Source: Octopus bimaculoides (Eukaryota). From it: DNA of 58,402 nucleotides. The notes beneath the pieces were generated by a model, which saw only the letters and a program-made list of their open reading frames with translations, did not search any database and was not told where the DNA came from. The translations under genes were made by a program, and so were the position numbers. Location: positions 12,355,232-12,413,633 of the forward strand of contig NC_068982.1 in NCBI RefSeq assembly GCF_001194135.2. The letters run 5' to 3'. Numbering within the stretch: the first letter of the stretch is position 1; the number at the start of each line of letters is the position of its first letter. Shown in pieces: positions 1-11,111 of this stretch.

Positions 1-57
1 CCCCTCCCCATCCTCCCCTCCCTTATTGTATAAATATATTAGATACTTTCATACATA

Positions 58-448
58 GGAGTGGCTGTGTGGTAAGTAGCTTGCTTACCAACTACATGGT
101 TCCGGGTTCAGTCCCACTGCGTGGCACCTTGGGCAAGTGTCTTCTACTATAGCCTCGGGCCGAGCAGAGCCTTGTGAGTGGATTTGGTAGACGGAAACTG
201 AAAGAAGCCTGTCGTATATATGTATATATATGTATGTATGTGTGTTTGTCCCCCCACCATCGCTTGACAACCATTGCTTGTGTGTTTATGTCCCCGTAAC
301 CTAGCAGTTCGGCAAAAAGAGACTGATAGAATAAGTACTAGGCTTACAAAGAATAAGTCCTGGGGTCGATTTTCTCGACTAAAGGTGGTGCTCCAGCATG
401 GCCGCAGTCAAATGACTGAAACAAGTAAAAGGGTAAAAGAGTAAAGAG
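58..448 (+). mobile_element. tRNA-derived SINE, full length (family A)
   Basis: Head GGAGTGGCTGTGTGGTAAG...GGTTCAGTCCC, internal (TA/TG)n, 3' end ...ACTGAAACAAGTAAAAG. The same family recurs at 5604-6027, 25944-26050 and 55625-55812. Confidence 0.9.
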
Positions 449-540
449 TATACACATACATACAGAGATATACATACATACATACATACATACATACATA
501 CATACATACATACATACATACTTATATACCATACATACAT

Positions 541-985
541 ATCTATGCTGAACTACGGAGAAATCTGCAGTTACTCTATCCAGTTCAGCTTTATACCTGT
601 AATTATTGGAGTCTTGGGATATGCAACACACTGCCTAAATACCAATCTTGAGAAATTAGGCTTCTTAAAACCAGAAAGGAGAAAGCTTATTTGAAGATTA
701 CAAATCCAATCCATCACTGGAACTGTAAAACTCTGTAAAACTTTCCGGAAGTTTATCGTTTAAATATATATGAGCATGTTTAGATATGCAACTATATGCA
801 TGAGAATACATGCATAAAACATACAAATCTGCACTTATTCATACATACATAGAAACAACATACACTCATCTGACCCATGCAAGCATGGAAAAGTAGATGT
901 TGAAATTCCAATGAAGGAGCCTTGAATCTAGGTTAGAAACTGGCTCTTCCTCTATTGGCAAGAAATTTTTAAAAGAATTTTTTAA
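541..985 (+). mobile_element. R4/Dong-like non-LTR retrotransposon 3' fragment (RLE end plus 3'UTR)
   Basis: Translates YAELRRNLQLLYP...PVIIGVLG...GTVKLCKTF. Homologous to 12395-13510 and 9976-10388; shares the 3'UTR motif GGAGCCTTGAATCTAGGTTAGAAAC. Confidence 0.8.
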
Positions 986-1099
986 ATGATGGTTAAATCC
1001 TGTTACTTTTTTCAGAATCTTTCTACCAAGTCAGTGGTTGATCAAAATTTGCTCTAAATTAAAAAGAGAAAGAGAAAAGACATACTTAGGAATGTGTAC

Positions 1100-1200
1100 A
1101 TCTACCTACCTACTTATCTACCTACCTACCTACCTACCTACCTACCTGTCTGCCTGCCTGCCTTTCTTTCTGTCTGTCTTTCTGTCTGACTGGTTATCTA

Positions 1201-1251
<51 letters not shown>

Positions 1252-1257
1252 ATCTGT

Positions 1258-1294
<37 letters not shown>

Positions 1295-1315
1295 TGTCCG
1301 TCCGTCCGTCCGTCC

Positions 1316-1353
<38 letters not shown>

Positions 1354-1382
1354 GTATCTGTGTCTGTTTGTCTATCCACCTT

Positions 1383-1422
<40 letters not shown>

Positions 1423-1427
1423 CCTAC

Positions 1428-1485
<58 letters not shown>

Positions 1486-1570
1486 GTCTATCTATCTGTC
1501 TATCAGTCTGTCTGTGTGTCTGTCTATATGTATGTATGTATGTATGTATGTGTGTATGTATTTATGTGTG
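1100..1570. repeat. Compound tetranucleotide microsatellite (CCTA/CCTG/TCTG/TCCG/TCTA/TATG)
   Basis: Directly visible tandem blocks; explains ORFs 1038..1620. Confidence 0.95.
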
Positions 1571-1639
1571 TAAGGTTGCATCAGAGACTTTACAGAGCAG
1601 GCCAATGTTCAAGTGAGTAATACATTTCATACATTTATA

Positions 1640-2100
1640 TTTGGGCCCCGTTCCTTTGAAATAGTCCCCTTGATGATATAAATAATGGAAGTGGTTTGTC
1701 TTTTGTTTTTCAGAAACATCATGCAGGTCATCTTACTGAATGTCATCCAGTATCACCTGTGATTCCTTTTGATTTTTACTTACCATTTTGGAATGGTGCC
1801 ACATAAGCTGGAAAACATGGCAAAATGCAGGCTACACTTTGAGATCCTGCTGATTCTGATCAAGTGAAGAAGACTTCAAACCATCATTACACATGTTCAA
1901 TTAATTCCAGTCATGTGAAAGAGTTGATTTGGCATGGATTTTCATGGCTGATTTCACCAATTTCTTTTCAATATCTTAGGTATTTTTTGATGTTTGATCA
2001 ACCTAAATGCTCATCATCTTGAACCAATGCTTGGCAGGCCTTGAAAGAAATGCCAAATCAAAAACTGATGTTTCGTCCAAAATAAATAAATAAAATATTT
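1640..2100 (-). mobile_element. Internally deleted mariner/Tc1 remnant
   Basis: Minus strand gives EDDEHLG (EDDxRSGRP-like HTH motif) and a terminal QGDYFKG (mariner C-terminal GDYFEG); multiple stops. Confidence 0.65.
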
Positions 2101-2229
2101 GGCAAAACCCTGACAAAGCATTTTTAAAAACTCTTCAGTTATAGGTCTACCAAGCTTAATACAAAATTTGATGCAGAGATGTTGCCTGATTTTTGTCAGC
2201 TATTGTATCAATCAATGAGTGTTACTAAA

Positions 2230-2612
2230 GGCAATTACAAGAGAAATTATATCATTACCAGAAGCCTTTCCATTTATCAAGAAGTCAATGGTTTTTCCTA
2301 ATTCCTTCACAAGTGGCGGTTCATATAGCTTTTGAAGATTAGTTGAAGTTTAATTGAATCAAAAGCAGGATTTGGACAATATTCTTTCTGCAGTACACAT
2401 CAATATAGTGTTCTAGGAAACATTCCACTCTGATATTTCCTTCTGATTTAGACTTGATAATATCATCTTTAATTTGTTTCTCATTCTTTATGTTCTTATT
2501 GATTCCTTTAATTTTGTCAGTATCTGCAGCCACTTAGATGTTGCTACACTGTTGCTGCAAGCTGTCATGTGCACTTTGTCTAACTGATCTTTGTTCTGTA
2601 ATTCTTCCAATC
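2230..2612 (-). mobile_element. Degraded RTE-clade LINE ORF2 fragment
   Basis: CSNI*VAADTDKIKG...ECFLEHYIDVYCRKNIV...YEPPLVKELGKTIDFLINGKASGND resembles the RTE pre-RT region (WVEHYSELYSREN...KAIDSL...GKAPG). Confidence 0.7.
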
Positions 2613-3439
2613 TTAAAAGCATACAGTGTTATTTTATAGGGACAAAGAATGTCATCTATAGTAAACATGATACCTGTCTTACATTGAATGACATTTACAA
2701 AACATTGCACCTACACCTAGAGGTATGATTGTACAATATTCCAAATGCACAATATCCTAATGAAAGATATGGTTAAAAAAACAATTGAGATAACATAATC
2801 ACAGATTGGTATTTTTCTAATAAACCTTACATTATTAAAAAAAATGTCTTTATGATTTGACAAGGAACAACATACTTGTTCTATAGATATATGGTATCTA
2901 TAGATATTTTAGCAAAAGCAATTTTGTCATTTACTATTCACAGAATTTGTTTGTGAAATGATTCTACCAATCAGATTATACATCATGATTATTTCATACA
3001 ATCTATGTCAGGTATTTGGCAACCCTGTAGTCATGTTAAACCCATACTTATTCAACTGGGTTGAGCAGAAGACATGTCTTGTCAAACATCCTCATGATTG
3101 TCTAAAAAAAAATAATGTGTCTTTATCAATCAAATGTTTTAACATGCACTTTATTTTAACATTTTGATGACAAGTTAATTCAGTTTCAGCCCTTTGTGGT
3201 CATTCAACCTGGTAGAAATAGCAGACAAATTCCCTTCAACAAGTATCTTCCAATCTTAAAAACAAAGGACATTTGTTCAGGATATTTTCTGTCTGACAAT
3301 GAAATGGAATGGTCACAGCTGGAATGCTTTTAGCTCGACCAGAACTGGGACTAAACAACACAGCTCACCTTTGGGATTTTCTGTTATTGTCTCTATTCTT
3401 TTTCAGCAGAACAACTTATCTGTAACATCTTCACAACAT

Positions 3440-3728
3440 TCATGAGTTGACTGCTTGGCTGCTCTCACAAACAAGAATACTAAAAATGAACCCAACCACT
3501 CTCAAAAATTAAGTAAAAAAACTGGAAAAATAATCCAGAATCCTTGTCCAGTACTGGATCAATCCCAAAATCTAATCGGTTCTTGCCAGTCACGAGGCGA
3601 AACATCCCTGAAAGTTTCATCTGAATCCATTCAGCAGTTCTTGAGATATCTTGTCCATGGACAAACAAACAAACAAACAAACATGACTGAAAATAATATC
3701 TCTGCCTTCGCTAAGGCGGAGTTAATAA
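3440..3728 (-). mobile_element. Helentron-associated non-autonomous element (HINE/DINE-like)
   Basis: 5' TTATTAACTCCGCCTTAGCGAAGGCAGAG hairpin, (TTTG)n, then GATATCTCAAGAACTGCTG...GAAACTTTCAGGGATG. Homologous to 40748-41040. Confidence 0.7.
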
Positions 3729-4217
3729 TAGAACTTCTTATCTGGCAGACACTGTGAAAATCCTTACCCTGACATCTTCAAGAATGATGAGGTGGAAAAA
3801 TTGTATCTTTCCCTAGAAACTGATAATTCGAGGGGACTAGCAAAAATATAATTTTGCATGGGGCAATGGACTTGTGTATGTGCATATGCGTGTGTGTGTG
3901 TGCATGTAATTGTATGTGTGTGTGTGTGTGATTGCATGAATGAGCTTATGTTTGATGATGGAAAAGAGGAAAGAGGAAGTGTTCTAATGTAAAGCTTCTA
4001 AATAAAGAGTATAAATGAGATAAATAGAATTGATATAGATATCCAATTTCATGGATTTAATATAGTATGAATTAGCAGCAGCAGCTTTGAAACACATCCA
4101 GTGAAGAATTAAAGCCATCCAGGGTCTGTGTTGAAACTGTTTTTGATTTGCATAAAGGAATTAAAAAGTAAAAGCCGGAAGATAGCTATTTAATCTCAGG
4201 TTCATAGATCAGGTAGT

Positions 4218-4218
<1 letters not shown>

Positions 4219-4255
<37 letters not shown>

Positions 4256-4903
4256 GGAGAGTGAGAGTAGGAGAAAAAGAGAGAGAGGGGAAGAGAGAAA
4301 GGAGGAGTAAGTGATAGGGAGAGGGGAAGTGAGAGTAGGAGAGAAAGAGAGAAAGGGGATGAGAGAAAGGGGAGAAAGAGGAGAGGGGAAGTGGGAGTAG
4401 GAGAGAAAGAGAGAAAGGGGACGAGAGAAAGGGGACGAGAGAAAGGGGACGAGAGAAAGGGGACGAGAGAAAGGGGNNNNNNNNNNNNNNNNNNNNNNNN
4501 NNNNNNNNNNNNNNNNNNNNNNNNNNNNNNNNNNNNNNNNNNNNNNNNNNNNNNNNNNNNNNNNNNNNNNNNNNNNNNNNNNNNNNNNNNNNNNNNNNNN
4601 NNNNNNNNNNNNNNNNNNNNNNNNNNNNNNNNNNNNNNNNNNNNNNNNNNNNNNNNNNNNNNNNNNNNNNNNNNNNNNNNNNNNNNNNNNNNNNNNNNNN
4701 NNNNNNNNNNNNNNNNNNNNNNNNNNNNNNNNNNNNNNNNNNNNNNNNNNNNNNNNNNNNNNNNNNNNNNNNNNNNNNNNNNNNNNNNNNNNNNNNNNNN
4801 NNNNNNNNNNNNNNNNNNNNNNNNNNNNNNNNNNNNNNNNNNNNNNNNNNNNNNNNNNNNNNNNNNNNNNNNNNNNNNNNNNNNNNNGTAAAAGAGAAAA
4901 GGC

Positions 4904-4939
<36 letters not shown>
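4219..4939. repeat. GA-rich simple repeat with an assembly gap
   Basis: (GA)n and GAGAAAGGGGAC units flanking N-run 4477-4887. Confidence 0.9.
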
Positions 4940-4942
<3 letters not shown>

Positions 4943-5603
4943 AAGGTATAAGAAATTTAATATTTATTACCTGTAGTTTAGTTTTTCACCTGAATGAAAT
5001 ATCTAAACAGTTAAGCAGTAATACTTTGCTTTGCTATTTTTTTAAAAATTTTTATTTCACAGTTAGTTTGTTATGGAGATGCAAGTCTAATTAATCATTA
5101 GACATTTTAACAGGTTGTTATTGAATGTGTCATAAATCTGTTTAGTAATAAAGTGATTATGCTGTGATAAGTGGCATTTAAAAGCTATATAATTCAAATA
5201 TGATAGAGTTATGGATACAATCTGGATTAATAATAATTCTTTTCATAAGATAGATTGAGCTTTCTTTCCAGTTTTTTAAAATTTTTATCTGGGGGAAGGT
5301 TAGCTGTACCCGCAAACCATTTGTAGTTTTCTTAAAATCAGTAACTAGGATTACAGACCGAGGCTAATGCAGCTGATACTAACACGAGCATTAGCATATG
5401 TGATGTAATAAGCTGACGAATTTTAGTTGATTAAAATTATGCCTTAGTTATTATGACAGCCATTATTTTCTAAACGACCTTGATAAAAGCTAGTCAAGGG
5501 AAGACAACTCCAAAATTTTAATTAAAACTGATTAAAAATGGAATTTAATGAGGATGTGAGATGAAGGTGAAGCAGATCTTCAGGGTCTCTGAGAAAATCT
5601 TGT

Positions 5604-5808
5604 ATACTCTCTCTCTCTTTACTCTTTTACTTGTTTCAGTCATTTGGAGCACCGCCTTTAGTTGAGCTAATCAACCCCAGGACTTATTCTTTGTAAGCCT
5701 AGTACTTATTCTTTTGGTCTCTTTTGCAGAGCCGCTAAGTTATGGGGACCTAAACACACCAGCATCAGTTGTCAAGCAATGTTGGGGAGACAAACATAGA
5801 CACACACA

Positions 5809-5856
<48 letters not shown>

Positions 5857-6027
5857 TACACATATATATATACGACAGGCTTCTTTCAGTTTCCGTCTAC
5901 CAAATCCACTCACAAGGCTTTGGTCAGCCTGAGGCTATAGTTGAAGACACTTGCCCAAGGTGTCACGCAGTGGAACTGAATCCAGAATCATGTGGTTGGG
6001 AAGCAAACTTCTTACCACACAGCCACT
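5604..6027 (-). mobile_element. tRNA-derived SINE (family A)
   Basis: Reverse-complement homolog of 58-448 with an internal (CA)n. Confidence 0.9.
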
Positions 6028-6340
6028 TATTATTTATTTTTATGTATTTTTTCCTTTTATCTATATCTCCATCTATATTTATCACCTGTTTATTTGGAGT
6101 CTCAACTCTCTGACTCGATTGCAGGACTCTAAATGCAAATATGTTGTTTTTTTTTTTTCCTGTGTCCTATAACAATTATTGAAACCTCATAAACCAGTAA
6201 CCATAACACAAACAAACAAAAGTTTGAATGCCTAACTGTTCAGATATTTCATTCCGGTGAAAGAATAAACATCAGGTAATAAATATTAAATTTCTCATAC
6301 ATTTATATGGTGCTTTCCTGCCTTCCTTTCTTTCTTTTTT

Positions 6341-6393
<53 letters not shown>

Positions 6394-6570
6394 TACTCGC
6401 TCTATGAAACTGAGATTAATGATTGAATGCCTGCAACATTTGTAGTGTCTGCTAAAGGCATCTGATAATGAGAAGGTAGCATCTTCGAACCATGATGATG
6501 ATCATCATCATTATCATTGTTGGCATCGGCGTCATCACCATCATCATTATCATCATTGTTGTCATCGTTG

Positions 6571-6720
6571 TCTCTGAGTGGTTGGCGTTAGGAAGGGCAT
6601 CCAGCTGTAGAAACTCTGCCAAATTAGATTGGAGCCTGGTGTTGCCATCCGGTTTCACCAGTCCTCAGTCAAATCGTCCAACCCATGCTAGCATGGAAAG
6701 CGGACGTTAAACGATGATGA
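6571..6720 (+). mobile_element. RTE-type 3' tail repeat (SINE/LINE 3' end) ending in (GAT)n
   Basis: AGGAAGGGCATCCAGCTGTAGAAAC...GGACGTTAAACGATGATG. About 2 mismatches versus the reverse complement of 58204-58350. Confidence 0.8.
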
Positions 6721-7084
6721 TGATGATGATGATGATTATCGTCATCATTGCCGTCATCATCATCATCATCATCGTCATCATCATCATCTTATGTTTGTAT
6801 TCCTTCAAAAGGTCACACATTTTGCTGGAAATAATAGTCGAATCTTTCTCCTCAAACTTGCATTGTGTGTTTGGTTGTAGCTGTAGAGTTGACTGTTGCT
6901 TTTGAAATTCTATCCAAAACAATCAGGCCAGCAACATGTGGATGACTTGATACACAAGGCATATTCAGAAATATTTGAAGCCTTCAGCAGCATATATGTT
7001 CAATTGAACATGTGCAATTGTTAATCCAAACACTTTCTGTCTCTCTCCTTTTCTTCCTCTCTCCATCAGTTTTTCTTCTCAATC

Positions 7085-7120
7085 CTTTCTGTAGAAGAGC
7101 ATAGACTCAAAACGTCAAAG
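7085..7120 (+). ncRNA. Degenerate hammerhead-like motif (second family)
   Basis: CTTT-CTGTAGA-A-GAGC(atag)ACTC-AAAA-CGTC-AAAG: stem I CTTT/AAAG, stem II partly paired, GUC site, but two core deviations. Confidence 0.4.
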
Positions 7121-7738
7121 ACTCTTCCATTTTCCCTGCATGTCAAACTGATACACCTGTCTGTTGTTCCCTCACCTGCCTCTGTCTTTTGTCTTTTGTA
7201 TAATTTTGAATCGCACACAAAAGTATTTCATCTCGAACAAGAAAATAATTTCAGAATTATGAAAATGTTAATTCTGTAAGGCCATGGTTTTTAAAGTTGA
7301 GTGTTAGTAAGTAAACTTGATTTTCTAGTTCTGTTTCGATAAGGACATTGTTATAGGGCACTTAAATACTTCAACGAAGTCTTCTGTCCTCTCGTGCATC
7401 ATTATCTGTGGGCTTTTATTCAAAATTAGCATATGCATTAATATTTTTCACAATAACATTTCAAAATAACAAACTGCTTAATGACTACAATTTGAGAATC
7501 TTCTGTTGATTACATTTAAAAATCTAAATGAATTCTCATCTGATTTTCATACACTTCAAGTAATTTTCTTTCTATATCTTCATTTACAAATTTCCATTTG
7601 CAAAATTAATTAGATGGCATTCATTAGCAGGTTTTACACAGAAGTATATGCTTAAGGTTTGACTGCAGAAGGAATCAGTAAAGCAATTTGAAATAATAAT
7701 TTGTGGAATAACTTTAACAATACTTCTTAATTCTTTAA

Positions 7739-8114
7739 CCCTTTAGCATTTAAACAGGCCATATTCAGCCCAAATAGCCTACCTGGTTAATGTTCAAACC
7801 AGTCAGATCAAGCCTCTCACACCTTTCTTACAATATCATTCTAATAATAAACGATAACATCATCAAAATCTCATTATTATTTTACTATGTCTGGGTTCCA
7901 ACCCAGGCCACAGCAACACAGTCTACCTGCCACACTTCTTGGTCCATCCATCACTGCCTCAACATCCTGGATGCATTCCAGGCCTGTGTCTGCAGTCATG
8001 TTGTTGATGTAAGTGTGACGATGTTTTCCTGTCCTTGACATAATGCACAATTGATTCGAAACAATGTCAATAGATAAGAGTTACATTTGACAGCGTAATC
8101 CAAATGCTGAAGAG
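7739..8114. mobile_element. piggyBac-like MITE (TTAA, CCCTTTAGCATT end) with an internal insertion
   Basis: TTAA|CCCTTTAGCATT left end and a degenerate AATGCTGAAGAG right end. Homologous to 23697-23914. Confidence 0.6.
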
Positions 8115-8349
8115 TGTAAAATGTTTGTAGGAGCAATATGAATTAGTGTAAAATTATGCAGGAAACAATACTAAATATATCCCTTTTATATGGCCCATAA
8201 CTGCATCATTAAGGCAGGTATTTTGTACCATTACCAAAATGTGTTTCTGTTCATTAAAATAGCATATGTCTCTATTCTACATTTTTGAGATGAGAAATTA
8301 CGTATATTATTTATAATGGATGGATAGGTGTGCCCATCACAACGTTTCG

Positions 8350-8472
8350 AGTATTTGGTAACCCTGTCAGTGCAGGTGCCACTTAAAAGCACCCAGTCCA
8401 CATTGTAAAGTGGTTGGCATTTGGAAGGGCATCCAGCTGTAAAAACCTTGTCAAAACTGTCCTCACATGTGC
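8350..8472 (+). mobile_element. Truncated RTE-tail repeat inserted with a 34-bp flanking duplication
   Basis: Contains GGAAGGGCATCCAGCTGTAAAAAC; flanked by direct repeats 8316-8349 and 8473-8506 (1 mismatch). Confidence 0.75.
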
Positions 8473-8492
8473 ATGGATGGATAGGTGTCCCC

Positions 8493-8538
8493 ATCACAAC
8501 GTTTCGGCTGATGTACTTTCCAGTTGTCATCAGGTGTT
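8493..8538 (-). ncRNA. Minimal type I hammerhead ribozyme motif (stem II partly decayed)
   Basis: AACAC-CTGATGA-C-AACTG(gaaagtacat)CAGCC-GAAA-CGTT-GTGAT. Confidence 0.7.
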
Positions 8539-8659
8539 CTGGTGGAATTTCGAACCCACCCTTAATATCAACAGAAAAATAGCATCAACAACATACCTTA
8601 CAAATGAGAACAGAGTACCCCATTAGTCAAATAAAGAGTTGAGTTCAAAATTCCACCAG

Positions 8660-8705
8660 AACACCTGATGAAAGCTGGAGAGTACATCAGCCAAAACGTT
8701 GTGAT
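8660..8705 (+). ncRNA. Minimal type I hammerhead ribozyme motif (GAAA to AAAA, probably inactive)
   Basis: AACAC-CTGATGA-A-AGCTG(gagagtacat)CAGCC-AAAA-CGTT-GTGAT. Confidence 0.7.
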
Positions 8706-9889
8706 AGCAACAAACAAGATGAGGACACCTATCCATCCATTGTAAATAATGAACATGGCTCTTCACAAAGCAAGAATTATTTAATCCTAATACATCTTGT
8801 AACATACAAATTGTGTATAAAATTTATATAGATTGAATAATTAGTGTTATTATTAAGTCAGAAAGAAAGCTTTTTAAAAATGAGTATCTGTTCAAAAAAT
8901 ATTAACTAGACTGCCTGGTCTTGATGTTGTCGATGTGCATTTGCTGTTTAACCCCAGGTCAACCACGATAAAGTAGACATGTGATCAAAGACATTCCAGC
9001 TATGATTATCCTATATTTTCCCTATGTACAGAAAACCCAGAAGTATATATATCCCTTTTAGGTTTGGTAGCTGTATAGGAAAGTATCTTCTGTCTATTCT
9101 AGTGAGAAGCAGTAAAGAAAATAGTGACAAAAAAAAAAACTTATTGTAACACTGTTTATGTGTTATGAGAAACTATCAACCAATGTAGTCGATAAAAACA
9201 ACTCTATTCATTTTGATGTTTATTTTCCATTTACTATTGTCTCTTGTGTTTGGAAATGCTGAAATGAAAGGTCCCCATACGTATACTGACTTAACTTTAT
9301 ATTACCATGCAGCAATACCATGCACACACACACATTGAAAGATTATACTGTGTGTGTAACCAGATATCGGTATAAGCTTCTTTGCATTCAACAAGTTCGT
9401 GCTAAGAACAATGAAAGTTGCACAGTCAATGGTAACTGTTTAAGCATGCATGTATAAATGGTAACTTCCCAGTCAGACGAGTTGATATAGATTATAAGCA
9501 TTTTATACATCTTGGCTGATTTATAATAAAAAATATTATTTCTTTGAATACCTCTTCAGGAACATGATCAACTAACGAAAGCCTCTTGCGAGGTGCCAAC
9601 TCAAAGCTAAAAAATTAATATCCAAGTTATTTCATAAACAATGTGCTTATTGCACCTGCTATAATTTCTAATTGTAGAAAATATCTTGTATGAAGTGTAA
9701 ATAACCTTAGATTTAAATGATTAATGTGTTCAGGAGGAGTTTTGTAAACCTATTAATAGAGTAGTTTTATTCACCTTTCACTTATCTTTATCAGAAGAAG
9801 TTTTAAGTCTTCTAGTCAGTATGTTGCTTTTGCAAATGATTAAATACTTGTTTTCATACATCTATTTTTATAAATAATTTGTATTTACT

Positions 9890-9930
9890 TCATTCCTATG
9901 TATGTATGTATGTATGTATGCATGTATGTA

Positions 9931-9975
<45 letters not shown>
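9890..9975. repeat. (TATG)n(TG)n microsatellite
   Basis: Directly visible. Confidence 0.95.
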
Positions 9976-9978
<3 letters not shown>

Positions 9979-10388
9979 CTATTTTATTTCTTAATTATTA
10001 TAAATCTTCCACTGAGGAAGAAGCCGGCTTCCAACAAACAGACAAGGCTCCGTCTTTCGGATGTACTTAACACAGACAAAATAACATTTGGAACTTGAGA
10101 AAAGTCTTGCATATTTTTACTGTTCCACTCACAGATTGCACTTGTAATATACAAATTAGTTGGTCAATCTCTCTTTCTGAAAATCCCAGTTTATCCAGAT
10201 TCTCCTTTAAGCATTTACTAACAAAACCTAGTGCCCCAATTATTATTGGTATGAATATGAATCCATAGTCTGGATATAGAAGCTGGAGGTTTTGGAGCAG
10301 TTGTCCATAGATGTCCTCTTTTTCTTTGATTTTGAAAGAGATATTTATATCTGCAGGACAGGTGACCTCTATGATGGTACATACTCTT
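9976..10388 (-). mobile_element. R4/Dong-like LINE 3' fragment (restriction-like endonuclease)
   Basis: ORF 10067..10393 CTIIEVTCPADINI..KIKEKEDIY...FIPIIIGALG is the C-terminal half of a PD-(D/E)xK RLE domain. Confidence 0.85.
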
Positions 10389-10617
10389 GCCATGCATACC
10401 AGCCTCCCTTCTCCATGCCACTGATGCTATCCAAGGGAAACCCAAAGTCCAATACAGATTGGAACCAGTGACGTTGCAACTCATTTCTACAGCTGAGCGA
10501 ACTGGAGCAACGTGGAATAAAATCTTTTGCTCAAGAACACTACACACAGCCCAGTCCAGGAATCGATCTCACTACCTGATGATTGTGAGCCTGACACTCT
10601 AGCCACTGAGCCATGTG
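10389..10617 (-). mobile_element. tRNA-derived SINE (family B head plus central domain), 3' truncated
   Basis: GCACATGGCTCAGTGGCTAGAG (A box)...AGATCGATTCC (B-box-like), then TTGAGCAAAAGATTTTATTCCACGTTGCTCCAG shared with 19985-20303 and 57590-57812. Confidence 0.75.
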
Positions 10618-11023
10618 CTTTCATTGTAGCGAGATTTATTTTAAAAAGGTAGAAATGTGGTCCTTGTTTTCTTTCATTTGTTTTTTTTACCTTTTCTTGT
10701 TTTAGTCATTGGACTACGGCCATGTTGGGGCACTGCCTTTAAGGTTTTAGTTTAATAATCTGCCCTCTCTTATTATTATTTTCTTAAAGTCCGGTGTGTA
10801 TTCTATTAGTCTTTTTTTTTTTTTGCCAAATGATAAACTAGAGGGACATAAACAAACCAACATCAGTTGTGTAGCAGTGGGGAAACAGGTACACACCTAC
10901 ATGCATACACTAACAGAAGACAGAAATACACAGGTATGTACCTTTATATATCATCATCATCATCATCATCATTTAACACTGGCATGAATTAGACAGTTTA
11001 ATAAACACACATGCACACAGATG

Positions 11024-11064
<41 letters not shown>

Positions 11065-11069
11065 GCACA

Positions 11070-11109
<40 letters not shown>

Positions 11110-11111
<2 letters not shown>

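Noticed and set aside
85-631. Recurrent short ORFs such as EAIVEDTCPRCHAV and PLVEQ/KIDPRTYSL
   Set aside because: Antisense readings of SINE family A, seen again at 5.7-6.1, 26.0 and 55.7 kb.
1038-1620. ORFs of up to 192 aa
   Set aside because: Translations of tetranucleotide microsatellite. The same applies to ORFs spanning (TA)n, (CA)n, (GA)n or N-runs at 4.4, 14.3, 34.4, 36.3, 41.5, 43.7 and 50.9 kb.
2944-3444. Plus-strand exon-like segments (2944-3011 and from about 3406)
   Set aside because: Splice sites are plausible but the peptide is unrecognisable, and such sites are common in AT-rich DNA.
4971-4989. Apparent 19-nt microexon with good splice sites
   Set aside because: It lies inside the 78-bp repeat arm, whose second copy has lost the acceptor AG.
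6707-6922. 71-aa ORF with a natural-looking N-terminal half
   Set aside because: No credible donor site, runs into (GAT)n, no recognisable motif.
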